Shown: positions 1 to 12,883 of the stretch, one piece after another | How the letters are laid out: every line of letters begins with the position of its first letter | How positions within the stretch are numbered: the first letter of the stretch is position 1 | Assembly: GCA_000934665.2 (NCBI GenBank) | Contig: JYFJ02003539.1 | Coordinates: 1-40,411 of the forward strand | Direction: 5' to 3' | Origin: Catajapyx aquilonaris | Taxonomy: Eukaryota | Length of the DNA stretch: 40,411 nt | Translations under genes and position numbers: made by a program | The notes under the pieces: model-generated | What the model saw: only the letters and a program-made list of their open reading frames with translations | What the model was told of the DNA's origin: nothing | The model's database searches: none

Positions 1-1323
1 TGTTCCCAATAAGACCTTTGAAAATAGACGAATTCCAGGAACATGCCATGTTGATTCAATCCTCACAAGTGCCAAACTTGAATTCAGTCCCAAAAAAAGG
101 GAGAAGATTCAGCATTGTGATGTAAAAAAGTAATACATTACACCGAAGGAGACCTTTTGCCTTTGTACATATAGCAACGGAGAGAGCAACTCGACCGAGA
201 CCGGGTCAAAGCCATTCATGCGTAAGCCCCCCCAAAAAAAGTGCATTACAAAATCCTACAGCGACACTCCAACCACAGCAAACGTTACCCAGGATCTCGT
301 CATCAAACAATTTGCAGGCCAGCAGTTATTAATCATCACTAGGAATTCATTATCAGCAACCATAGCGTGGGGTTGCACAGTACTTTAAAAGCAAAAAATT
401 GTAAAGAGCATCATAACTATAATAATGCTAATAATGCCATTAATGATTGACATCCAGCCCCCTCAGGTTAGAACAAATCCAGACGTTTAAAAAAAAATGC
501 TGTGCTTTTACCTATAGTCCCTGATCACAAAACCGCAAACATAAAAATAACCGCCATGAATAAAAGAGTAGCATTTTAGCGATTCCAAGCCCATTAAATT
601 CGGACGCAGTTCCGGAGGCTGCTAAAGGTTATAAATCTTCTCCAGAGAAACCGATGCAACGTGAGAAAAAAAGAGGAGAGAAAGCTATTCACAAAGCACT
701 GTACAGTAGATCCCATTGTCTGAAGAACCTCCCCATCGAAATGAAGGTGCGAGAGGAAATTTCTGCGTGCAAACTTGGGACAAAAGAAACCGAATCGTAC
801 AGTATCGTTGCTGGAAGAGCAAGTGAGGATGAACATTCCAGAGTGTGTAGCAATTTCACCTCTCATTTCGCTATACAGAAAGGTGCATGAAAAAAAAGAA
901 GCTTCCAGCAAGGATACTGTAAACAGCACCTTTTGAAAGTGACACCGCCTGCGAGGCTTCACCCGAGCAGATAAGACGAGCTGGGATTATTACGTTGCTC
1001 CGTCTCGAGAAAGATGGATCTTCATATCCGGAGCCAAACCTGTAAAGGCAGCAGATTCCTCAGGAAAACCCCCAAGTGCCATGGCTTTTTTACAGCTCTA
1101 TTCGGCGACTATAAATGCGCTGGAAAAATGTAGTTTACAAGTTTTAAGTGTTGACGTTCAAGGAGGAATCGCAGTGTGCGGTTTAATGAGCAGGAAGAAT
1201 GCCATTATAGGACCTATTGCAAATTCATTTTTTTGAGAAGTTGAAGTATTCTTCAGGTCTAATACTTCAACTTCAAAATGACACTGCAGAGCACATGAAT
1301 CAGGTAGTAAAAAAGAGTTGGGA

Positions 1324-1679
1324 CAGGGAGCATAGCCTATACTATACAAATAAGAGGCGCAAACTTCTGTCGGCGCCTCTGATGTTCGCGTCTCTCTGTT
1401 TGGGGCCGTTGCCAAGGCTGGCGGCCATCTTGAAGTGTGGGGAACGCCAACGAGGTATAAATAGGGTACAGGCAAAAATAGAGTCCGCCATCTTTGATGG
1501 TTTTGGCGGCCATGGCAACCACACGGCAAGAACACGCGCGAATCAAAGATGGCGGACCCTATTTTTGCCTGTACCCTATTTATACCTCGTTGGCGTTCCC
1601 CACACTTCAAAATGGCCGCCCCAAACAGAGAGACGCGGAAATAGAATGTTTGCGCCACTTACGTAGTATATGCTCCCTG
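1324..1679. mobile_element. Non-autonomous fold-back DNA transposon (MITE; P/hAT-like CAGGG termini) in receptor intron
   Basis: Long imperfect inverted arms: CAGGGAGCATA...TCCGCCATCTTTGAT (1324-1498) versus ATCAAAGATGGCGGA...TATGCTCCCTG (1542-1679). The inner ~78 bp of the arms are near-identical. Flanks gttggga/gtggggg match at only 5/7 positions, so the TSD and superfamily are uncertain. Confidence 0.8.
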
Positions 1680-1765
1680 GTGGGGGGGGGAAGTTATCCA
1701 ACTTTAACTTTAAAGCTCCTCCAGTTGAGAGTTAGCAATCTCCCANCCCCCCGGAACCTTTCCAG

Positions 1766-3356
1766 AGCACATAATCCGGAGGTCCAACACGGAGAGCTTA
1801 GCCCGAGCCAAGAGCCGGACCTTGAAGATGACCATCCTCATCGTCACGGTCTTCTTCTTCTGCTGGACTCCCTACAACGTCATGTGCCTCTGGTGAGTGG
1901 GACCATTCCATCTGTATTCATCATCTTTATCCCCGGCCATTTTTCACTTCCCCCGCCAACTCATAACGAGCAATGCCCCAGGGAAAGGACTGTATACTGT
2001 ACAACACTTTAAAACTTCTTTTTTTTGCGCAGAGTTATAGCCGTACAGTGTGAGAAGATGAAATTCTTTGTTAAAGTGCACGTCTAATTGCCCATATTTC
2101 CCAAAAGATTATATGAGCTGTTACACGAGCGTACAGTGCAGGATAATTAACGTTTGGAGGTGCTTAAGAAGTAAAGCTAGGAAAATTGAGCTCGCTCATT
2201 AACATCACTGAAACGCTTCCAGTAAAAAAAAAGCCCAATATTGCAGTTCAAGTGACAAGAATTGTTTTCCCCAGCAAGCACTTCAAAGTATAAGAATTTG
2301 GAAGCTCGAAGATATCCGTTGTAATAAACAATAATTCACAAGAGGGCGAGGAGCAATCAGTATAAAGTAGGTCATGCTAATTATATTTTTTTTTTAAATT
2401 ACTCGACAACAAAATTTTTGCTTCCTCTATCTGCTTTAATTTCCTTCAATTTCAAGTTGGCTACATGTTGCATCGGGACGAGATTTCAATTTCAGACAAA
2501 ACCGCTGTGACAAGGCAATCGCATCCCAGATTATGTTGGGAGTTGCCACATATTCGGATTAATTAGGCAATTAACTGTCCGGACTAAACCGCCACGAGAT
2601 GATTAATTGCAATAATTGGTCAGAGCGATTGACCGCTGTTGCTGGACTTGTTTTTTTTCCACCCCCCTCCCCTCATGTGTCCGTCGTGTATACACAACAG
2701 GTACTGGATAGACCGCGAGTCTGCCCAGAAGCTGGACCAGAGGATCCAGAAGGCGCTGTTCCTGTTTGCCTGCACCAACAGCAGCGTGAACCCCATCGTG
2801 TACGGCCTGTTCAACATCCGACCCAGGAAGCAGAAGCAATGCGACCGCATCAGAGCCAGCTGGAGAAGCGACCCTGCCCATCAGCTCAAAAGGACGACCA
2901 AGTGAGAGCCTATGTGTGTTGTGTGAAATGATTCCTGCGCACACTTTGCATCAATTTGGCAATGTCCCCCCTCCCCCCAGAGGGCCGATGCGGATCTGCT
3001 GGAGCGCCCAGAGGTGCCGCGAGAGCCTGGAGGGCGGGGATGTGGTGGGTGGTGCCATGATGATGGAGGCCGGGTCTTCCTCCAGCACCACCAGCCACCA
3101 CCAGATGCACCACCGGTTCAACGCCTCCTCTGCTCGCCCCTTGTTCGAGGTCCACTACCACGCTCCCAACCGGAGGATGGGTGCTGCAGCTGGTGGTGTC
3201 AACGGGGAGGCCAACCACCACGACTCCTCCACGTTCCTAGTGTCCAGGCAGATCAGCGGACAGAACCAGCAGCCGATGACCGCATGTCCCTGCAGCCTGC
3301 ACCTTTCCAGAGAAGGGGTCAAGTGCGTCATACCGGCCTCCCCGTTGCTCCCCTGA
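1766..3356 (+). CDS. AkhR: Adipokinetic hormone / RPCH receptor (GnRH-receptor family GPCR), 3' part (ICL3-TM6-TM7-C tail)
   Basis: Exons 1766-1892 (IRRSNTESLARAKSRTLKMTILIVTVFFFCWTPYNVMCLW, with CWxPY), 2701-2901 (YWIDRESAQKLDQRIQKALFLFACTNSSVNPIVYG, with NPxxY and an AKHR-type ECL3/TM7) and 2981-3356. Phases are consistent. The 5' exons lie outside the window. Confidence 0.88.
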
Positions 3357-6300
3357 TCCTCGGTGTCCTCCAGAACACGACAGAAGAAGCAGGACAGCAT
3401 CCGTCTGCAGGTCATCATCCCTGGGGCACAGTTGTTGTAGTCGCACACTGGGCAATTTTTCTTTGAAAACAATCAACCGTCCAGAATCAACGAGAGAAGC
3501 ACCGCAATCGCGAACTAAAAATTGTCCATGTGGAACATATGTGACGCGTCAAGAAGCTCCAAAAGTTCCGTAATAAAAGAGCCCAACTGCCCTATACTGC
3601 TGGTGGCTATAATGTCCAAGTCATACACAATGGCACGTAGAAGAAAAGTGTAATAAAAAAGGGGAAAGGCTTCAGGAATCAATTTTGCGATAATAAACCA
3701 CAATTTTTACTGGAGGGTTGCTCCTATAACCTGATGAAATAATTATATTACAATTGAAATTGGGAAAAATATGTCAATGTTTCCATATTGAAAACAGTGC
3801 TATACAGGGACCATCATAATCATATTTTTTTTAAACTGGCTTTTCGCATTCTCACGTAACATTATTAGAAGCAACCCACAAAAATTTTCATCGCGTGGTT
3901 GACCCTAAAAATAATTTGATCCTGCGGAAAGTTCCTTTCTCGAGACAATTCTGATACTGTCAGCAGTCCTGCCCAAAGTATAGGGGGTTTGTAAAAATAT
4001 CTTTACATTATATATACGATGTGTCCGAATCAACAATGAGCAAACGCAGCATGTGAGGCCCAAATTGTGGCGCGAGCTTATTTTTTGAGTTGTTGCATAT
4101 TACACACATATATATATTTTGCTGCATACTTATTATGTATAGGAAAGCGACATCATTTACCTGGCGCCAACCCGTCAAATGATATACTGAATCCTTCGCC
4201 AACAGTATGAACGCCATTAATTAAGAGAATTGCTGGCACACAATGCACAAGAGCTGCAAGCTGTACAGAGTCCACCAAGAAGAACTTCCTCCGTAAGTGT
4301 TTTACCTGACTGTGATCTCATGTTGTTTAAATCCTCCGTTTTCTTAATGGAAAAAATAATAATAATGAAAAGAGACTATCAATAAAACTCGTTGTTAATC
4401 TGTGAAATTACCTTGGTTTTTCCGCCTTTTTTAAGTGTGGGATTTAAATAATCCCCAGCAGCAATCAGCTTTAATTGAGCGCACTCTTGGCTCAATTCCG
4501 GGTTATAGGTAAGAGAGCCGCACTGGATTTCCCAATTAAACCCAGCAATCCGGGGGATTCGTTATTCGAAATGCCATTAATCCGATTTACCAAACGAGCA
4601 ATTCCATACTGATGCGTAGCCTATACTTTTGTCTTATAGAAGCTTGATTTTGCTGTGTGTGGATTTTCACAGGCCGTTGCTATATATAGGGGGCAAAAAT
4701 ATATAGGTCGTGATCTCCGCTTCCTTGTTAATGCAGATTAATAGCCGCGGATCTTAATTGGACCGGCTCCAAAATCTCTCCAGCGATCATCACTTACGCT
4801 CAACCGGGTCTTGCTACAAATTTTCTGTGCCCCCCCCCCCCCCCCCCCCCCNACCCCCACCCGAATCTAATTAGAGCCAGCATCGCGCCAAGATGTATAT
4901 ACACAGGGTGTCCAATTCGATTTCCAAGGCTTGACCGCGTGCTATATATATAGACACACACGTAGTTTGCAATTATTTTCCCCCCAGTCCGCATTCCGCA
5001 CAAACAATATTCTGCCCATGCATATCTCGTTCGCAATAATTATGCAGGCTGCTAATGAAGCGCGAATAAAAACCAGCTGAGTTGTCTGCTCACACAATAA
5101 CAAGTGACACAGTGCACTGTCCAAACATACTGCACGAAAAATCTGTTTCGCAAGAGATTTGTGCGAGTCGAGCTGTGAAGGGCGCCNCCCCCCCCCCCCC
5201 TTCCAAGCCCAAAAGTGTCAGGCCCCTTTCCGAGTGATGGAAAATGAGACGTCAGCTGCGGTCGTGGAAATTAATTCCCCGTGTCCTGGAAACTGCACAG
5301 TGGCCGCCTTCCCACCCATTAATCTCCGCAGTCTGCTGCTGCTGCTCTATAGACTCAAAAAGCTCTATAGCCATCAAGTAACTGGAGGTAACAAAACAAT
5401 GAGAGAGAAACACCCAATGGATATATATTCGAGCAGACAGTGCACATGCTGTAGGCAATCGAATGGATACATCTTGTGCCCAACAAATCAAGGGGCTCCT
5501 GCTGCACCGGATGCGCACTATACGCTGACAAATCGCGGATTTGGCGAATAAATTAATGTGCGAGTGTCTCAGCATGCAAATGCAGCAGATGGGCCTACAT
5601 ATCCACAAGAAGGAGCGATTTAGGACGTACTGTGTACATGCCATCATTCAGTCACATTTAGTAGAGGTCATACACGTGCTGCGTACAGTAGAGAGCACAA
5701 AAATAATTAAGTTTGCCTTCAGCTACTGGAGCATGAAAAGTTGAGGTTCATTTGAGGGCAATGAATGACTCGGGGCATATTAAGCCTCAACTCGCTTCGG
5801 AAGAGAGAAGCCGTGCAATATGGGAGGAGGGTAAATAATCCGCCTGTATAATGTACAAGTACTTCCATGGTACAGTACTGCCCAAGTCCATATATAGGTC
5901 ATGTACAGTATCACAAGGCTGTTCGCTGCCGTTGTCACCACCTTAATTAATATTATCTGACAGGTGACACTTCAATTATTACAACTCCAGCCCGAAAACC
6001 CACTCAGACATGTCACGCAAAGCGGTTAAGATATCCTAGCAACAAATTAGGGCTCAAAACTGCATAAGTCAATATCGGTTTTGACATAGTTACCGACTTG
6101 CAGGATTAACACTTAAATAATGATGATGAAAACCGCCGCCCGAATCAACGAAGTGCTTCAATTGGCAATCACGTAATCATAATATTAATGCAGTGCTCTG
6201 CAAACAAGATCATGCGTTTATCCATTATTAAAACCATCCTCTCTACCCCCCCCCCCCCNCTACGAGCTAATTCACTGCATCTTTTACAACCCTGCCGAGC

Positions 6301-7115
6301 ACACGGATTATTACTCCGCGGGATCATAATTTGACTAGTACCAGCATAAGCATAGTGATTAAGGCTCATTATATAACCCTTCAAAAAGTCAAACCGACAT
6401 TTTTCACATTGCTCGCACAAATAAATACATTTTTATGTTTACATGCCCATGTAATGACAAGCATGTAGTGCCGTTGACAGCCTGCCAATGACATCTCAAC
6501 TCCTGTAGGGCCGTTTCCAGCATCCGGTTTTCACAGTCCATGCAAACGGATCAAATCAGGCAACAAAACATCAAACGCAGTGCCACGGAGAGCACTAACC
6601 TTCCCACAATGTGCCATTCATTACACAGCAGCTCGCACTTCCACTATAGCTGGGTGCAATTATTGTGGATCGCATATTTTTTGGGGAAGCAAAATAAAAT
6701 CAAAGTGTTAACTATACTCTTTGCACACACTCATTGTGACAGGATGACGCCAACAGCTGATGAGGCAAACGACCGCAGGCTATTTAAAAAAAAAAAATTG
6801 CCCCAAGTTCACATCTGAAAAGGTACCACACCATTCAATCCGCATTAGAACAACTTCCATCGTGGTGCAGCACTCACTAATCCACTCAGCCGAAGCAAAT
6901 CGAATTTGGAACTTTTGCTAAAGCCGCAGTTCACATTTAAAAGGACCGAGCCTGTACCACAATAATTAGCTTTTTTCAGTCACCCTGCTGAAGGGGTTCC
7001 CGTCATGCGATTTTTTTTTCCCCTTCCAGAAAGTTCTTCAAACTTTTTTTTTTTCTCTTTGCTCTATTAATTTTTACTAATTTTACTGTAGCATTAAAAA
7101 TTTGCATTTTCTTAC

Positions 7116-8350
7116 CTGCTGCTGTACGCTCCGGCAAGTTATCCCGAAGACACGTCGACGAGATGCTGACGAGTAGTCTCAGCGCAACGACCAGCGTCAC
7201 AGTCACCACTCACAACACTGAAGGAAGAGGAAGAACAACCATTTAGTTACACAGCTAACGAAAACCAGCATAAAAACCAGCTGACAACTTATGTTTCTAC
7301 TAATTAATAAATGACGCTACATTATTAAAACATCTCTCCAGTTATATCGCCATTGTTCAAAACCAGTGCCAGTGCCAGGATAATTAATCACACGCTTTCA
7401 GCTTGTTAATGCGAAGATCAAGTACGCCTCGAGGGAACCTTAACTTTAATCATTTCCTGATTTATCACATCCCGTGGGGGGGGGGAAGAGCTGCGTTCTT
7501 TCCCTTCATCAAATTCTAATCCGGGGACGTCACCCTCTAAAATGAACACTGCTTGCTGCAAACTCCTTGTCAAACTCCGAAGAAAGAATTTGACAAGCAA
7601 GGAATAATGCTGCGAACTTGTAGTGAAAGGCATTTACGCCTTTGATCTTTCGGTTGAAAGGCAAGTTTCAGAGCTTGTCTTTAAAGTGAGTACTCATCAT
7701 GTACTCTTATGCAATAAACTATTTGGTACCGTAAAAAATTGTTAACAAAAGGCGAACACTTGTTTCTAAGACGTTTTACAAGCAACTAACGATGCAAATT
7801 AACTTACTCCTTCAGATGCGGCTTCGAGCACCCAAACGCACACGGTACGCAAGCCCACAAACCAGGAGCAAAGATCCAAGAGGTTCTTTTTGTCCACCAC
7901 AAAAATCTCAAAGTGTTCCGCTTTCCCTATCAACAACCAGCGTAACCAGCAGCAACTGCGGTGCCAACACCTGAAAAATTTGTTTGTTTTTTCCTGTCGT
8001 CGTCGACAACCGTCAATGCGTATCAGGAGATGTACTACCAACATGTAACGTATCGCTGCTAGTGTTTTGAATTAGAAGCGTACCGCATTAATTGTTAGCT
8101 AATGTCGTTCCTAATAATATATGAGATGGTGTAATAAAAACTCGGGTTACCGCTTGAAAGGAGCAAAAATCCAAGAGCTTCCGTCTGTCCGTCACGAATC
8201 TGATCAGCAAGTGTTCCGCACAAATCAACAAACTGTATCCAACAGAGAGAATAAATAAATGTGATGCAACGATCGTTGCCTTGACTACAAATTTTGGCCG
8301 AAACTATGGACATCGAAAATTTTAATAAAAAATGATGCGGATTATCCCGT
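7116..8350 (-). other. Putative non-coding (5'UTR or lncRNA) exons of a minus-strand transcript
   Basis: On the minus strand: donor cg|GTAACC at 8151; exon 7970-7808 (ttttcAG / ga|GTAAGT); exon 7217-7116 (cttccttcAG / cag|GTAAG). No convincing coding frame; the 5' boundary is approximate. Confidence 0.45.
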
Positions 8351-8591
8351 TTGCCGATCAAGACGCAAGGGACTTAAAACTGCTGGAAATGCATAGAAAA
8401 AATATATATATATTTTATTCATCTCAACTTGCTTGAAGGATATCCGGCGGATTCAACTGTAATTAAAAAACATAACTGTCTGACCTCTTGTAACAACACA
8501 TTATCCAGCCTCGGTTGGTTTAACGTCTTCCAATTCTCAGGAACATAAAAGTACGTAAACACAGCTCCTGAAAAAAATCCCGCACTTCCTT

Positions 8592-10909
8592 CTAAACTGG
8601 AGCATCAGGTAAATCCGCATCAGTCGCAAATTCCTTGTCGAACTCCTCTTGCGAAATCTGTAAATTCAAAATGGGAATCGAATTACGGTCGTGCTCGTAA
8701 CTAGAACATTCGCACACTATGCATGACTGACCTTCCCCTTTTTGAGCCTCTTGATGAGCGAGATGTCCCGAGAGACTTCTTCGAGATCATGTTCGTCTAA
8801 CTCAGCCTTCCTCTTTCTCTTTGCCGCTTTCCTTTTCTTATGCTTCTCCACCTTTCGCTTCTGCTTCTCCCGGTTCTCTGACCACGGCCGCTCCCTCTTC
8901 ACGCTCTTCAGTCCAGGCCACACTCCAGTACTCCTGTACGCTTCAAGCTTCTCCTGACGTTCCTTCTCCTTTTCCAGGTCTCTAAACATACCGAGCGGGG
9001 GAAAAAATATGCAAAAAAATTAACACCTTGTTCTTTGTAACGCATACGTGACATGTACTGACTTGTATGCAACATCATTCATGTCAATGTTCGCAGGGGA
9101 AAACCCAGGAATTTTCTTAGCTTCCCTCGGAAGTTCCTTCATCTTGGGAAGTTGAAGCAATCCAAACGCAGTTGCCAACTCGCCAACATTCAGCTCTTTG
9201 ACTCCGAGAATAAGGCTGCACTCGTGCTTCCTGTAGTACTGCAGGTATGAAGCGTACGCGGTGTTCCCCATCTCGACCACCTTCCTGTCCGCCTTGTGCA
9301 TCTTCCGCAGCTTCTTCAACACCTGCTCCACCTTGTTCCGGCTGATCTCCAGCTGACCCTCGTAAGGCTGCAACTCCACCTTCTGGTTGGTGCGTATGAA
9401 GTGCAAGTACGCAGTCTCGTTGGGCTGGAGGACCACCAGGGCACGTCCCTCCCGTTCCATGCGAGCAGTTCGTCCGCAGCGATGAACAAAGGACGAGGAA
9501 CTGGAAGGAGGATCCAGCTGGAGGACCCAATCCACCTCTGGTATGTCCACGCCACGTGACATTACATCCGTACAGAGAAGTACTCCGCCTGCAAATCGCA
9601 TTGACAATTTTACAGAGTCGACCCTCGAAAAGCATACATGACGAGACTCACCGCTTTTGAGTTTCCTGAAATTGTCGAACACCTTGTAGCGGTTGTCCCT
9701 CTTTCCGTGGATGCTCAGTATTTCCACCGGCTTCAAAAGTGGTTCATCGTTACTCTTGAGTCTACAGCAACAAAAGAATATCATATATCAACACATCATT
9801 CAACTCGTAGAACTGGCCCACTTTGATGGGAACATTACGATGAAAGTTGTAAAATACGCAACTTTATTTTGGGCCATACTTTGGATAATCTCTTAAGTAA
9901 ATGGCATCGACTCACTTTTTGTGGATTATTTCTTTCAGAAGGAAGGTGAAGTAGTCAACGCATGCGCAGGTGGGAAGGAAGACCATTATCTTCTTTCCGT
10001 GGTGTTGGTTGAGGAAAGTGAGTAGAGCCACGAACTTAGCTCTGGTCGGGACCACCACGTAGTAGTTGCTAAGCGCAGCAGGCGTACTCGAGTCGCCTGA
10101 GGTGCCAAGCTCCTTCACGCCCACAGCCACCGGATTGCGGAGACCCGCCCGTATCAAGCTGTCCAGTTCTTTCACCTGAGTCGCAGAGAAGAGTCCGGTC
10201 CTCCTCTGCTTCGGTAAGAATCCCAGAATGGTGTTAATCTGCGGCTCAAACTGCAGGGCAAGGAGTCGGTCAGCCTCGTCCAGAACAAGAATTTCAAGCG
10301 CCTTCAACGCCGCAGCCAAATGACAATCCTGAAAATGCAATATGATCAATTTAATAAACCGGGTAAAAATTGAAGCTCTTGTGGCATCCAGCTACCTTCT
10401 GATTCAGCAGTAGTTCCTGCAGCCTCCCTGGCGTGGCGATAATAATGTGCCCTCCGTTTTCCCGAAACTGTGTGATGTCGGCTTCGATGCTCCGACCGCC
10501 AACAAGCAGCTGCTGAGTCAGGTTGAGCGACGATATGTTCCGCAAAAAATGGGACAAAACCTCATACGTTTGCGTGGCCAGTTCACGTGTCGGGGAAATC
10601 ACAAGGGCGCCAACTTCGTTCTGCCGGAGATGCGACTCGCGGTTCTGAAAAAGTATATATTTTTTTTAAGGGTTCGCTGGTTAATTACCCGGGTGTGTAT
10701 GTTACCAGCAGCATTTGAAGCATGGGGACGAGGAAGGCTAGGGTCTTCCCGCTTCCAGTCACAGCCTGTGCGGCCACATCCTTCCGACGAAGCAGCAGGG
10801 GAATGGTCGCAGCCTGAACCGGAGTCATTCGTGTGAATCCGAACCCGTCAATCGTCGCAAGTATCTCTTCATCAAGCGGGATGCCCAACTTGCGCCAGTC
10901 CGACTCCAT
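8592..10909 (-). CDS. DDX55: DEAD-box RNA helicase DDX55/Spb4
   Basis: Seven exons: 10909-10706, 10644-10396, 10328-9916, 9761-9652, 9588-9063, 8981-8732, 8657-8592. Motifs: [45 protein letters not shown], a basic C-tail with TGVWPG and KKGKISQEEFD. AATAAA at 8419-8414. Confidence 0.95.
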
Positions 10910-11002
10910 ATTTGGTTCAAGCCGAACTGTAATTGGACATAAAATTTAGTACGCTACATACAGTACATTAAAAATTATATTTAAAAAATTTAGCACGTTT
11001 TT

Positions 11003-11219
11003 AACACGTGTTCACTGCACACATGGGCAACACTTATTGTAACGATATTTGGTGGGTAAAAGTGCAGCAAACCAACTGATAATGTTATGCAGATTCGTGC
11101 TAATTACACAGGAATACCACATACTCATTACCTGCTACGAAAACACGGGCCAAAACGGCAGAAAAATGACTTCCAAATAAAACACGTCGACAAAATCAAA
11201 GATGGCGTCGGCCGGAAGT
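11003..11219. promoter_or_regulatory. DDX55 promoter region: E-box (AACACGTGTT), YY1-type CAAAGATGGCG and ETS-type CCGGAAGT motifs
   Basis: CACGTG at 11005-11010, ~95 bp 5' of the ATG (Myc E-boxes are typical of ribosome-biogenesis genes); CAAAGATGGCG at 11197-11207; CCGGAAGT at 11212-11219. Confidence 0.55.
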
Positions 11220-12201
11220 AGCATAGCGGCGTGAGATCACTGCTACGTGAGAAAGCAGTTATTAATCGCAGCTAGTTGTCGATACCTAATATGTCGCTAT
11301 ATTTTATTATTATATATTTATTATTATTATTTTCCGGGCGTTCTTTTGACAGCTGAAATGGTTGGTGGTTCTTATCATGCTAAAGTGACACATTTTGTTC
11401 ATTTTTCAATATTTTTTTTTATTCTTGTGGTACAAAAAAAGGTCTGGCACGGTTTTTTTCAGCGATTCGTTAAGTGACTATGGATTTGTGCGGTTGACAT
11501 TTTTTTTTTTTAAATAGATACCAAGTGACCACAACACTTTCGGGTCTCAACATGCTGGTGCTGAACATGAGAGAATCGGGGGGGATGACATTTTGCGCAA
11601 CGTTGGCCTAACAATCCTGGTAGCGATTTGACCTCCTTGCGAGGTTACGTAGCGCGGATTATTCTTATAGCCAGATAGCCTCAGTTGCTTTGACTCCTTC
11701 CGACTCAAAACGACAGTACCGCAGTACAAGGCCGCATTTCACGCCCCAACGGCCGTCTCAAAATCTCCGCTTCATGACGCGTTCAAAATTACGAATGTTA
11801 ACAACAGCAGCAACAACGAGGAACAACTCATTGTTTAAATGGCATACTATTAGCCCCTAAAGTAAAAAAAAAGCAAAAGTTGTCTTGTTTGACCAGGTAT
11901 GACATGTTGACCACACGAAGAAAAGTTCAACTGCCAGTTACAAAAAATAATCGAAACGTAATATTACGCGTCTTGTTTCGGCCAACGTTGCACAATAAAA
12001 AAATTTGTCATCCTCGATTCCCCACGTCATGAATACAATGTTACATACGGAGCTCAGTAGGTCGGACACATTATCACATGGTTGGAAATGACGTCGACAA
12101 ATCGGGGCCATTTGTATTGCTGCAAAAAGGCCACGATGTGACATTAATGACAGGTCGGAAGCTAAGTCAATCACAGGATTGGAATGCGTAGAAAATAAAT
12201 C

Positions 12202-12275
12202 TTCCGGAATAAGCAACTAGTTAGGCTAAATATCAGCACACGTTACACACGAGCAATTATCAGCAATGATATTGC

Positions 12276-12309
<34 letters not shown>

Positions 12310-12566
12310 CATAGTTGCTTTGGCTTCTTCCTACCCACCCACCCACCCATTAAATTCTGTGCAATGACAGACCAGAAGGGGTACAAATAAGTGATGCCAC
12401 TGCACATCGCATTGATCGCACGAAAAATGCAAGCGCAACTGGTCAACACCCGACTTTTTAATCGCAATGCCAATAAAAGTTGAGAAATTTTTGTTGCCGA
12501 ACGACCCCTTCGAATATGCTGTGATGATCATGCGCTATTTGGCCTAACTAGTTGCTTAGTCCTGAA
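12202..12566. mobile_element. Degenerate MITE-like inverted-repeat element containing an (AAT)n tract
   Basis: TTCCGGAATAAGCAACTAGTTAGGCTAAATA (12202-12232) versus the reverse complement of 12536-12566, with 3 mismatches in 31 bp. (AAT)n at ~12277-12308. No clear TSD. Confidence 0.55.
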
Positions 12567-12883
12567 AATTGCGGAGAAAATTAAGTCATTTCCGGTCGGT
12601 CCAAACTGTATTAAACAAAAAACAAAAAAACGTCACCATTGTAACAATTGTCATTTTATAAACCTGTCATAAACGAAAGCATAAAAAAGAAGCTGATGAA
12701 ATCATAGGAATTCCGACCACACACAGATTTTTTAAAAATAATAGCATTTCAGGCCAGAAAACATTTTCTTGGCGGCAGCTCATGTCCCATGATGAAGTAG
12801 AAAAAATAGTTATGTTCATCAAAGTGGTTAACGACCAAAATTTTCTCGGCTATTAACCCACGTCAACACTTCCTCGGCACGTC

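Noticed and set aside
1158..2012. Overlapping ORFs on both strands with near-identical peptides (AAILKCGERQRGINRVQAKI; IKDGG.YFCLYPIYTSLAFPTLQ)
   Set aside because: These are artefacts of translating the two arms of the palindromic MITE, not genes.
4830..6260. Poly-C/G runs with embedded n (also ~1746 and ~27390) as possible G-quadruplex elements
   Set aside because: The ambiguous bases sit inside homopolymers, which points to sequencing or assembly uncertainty; run lengths are unreliable.
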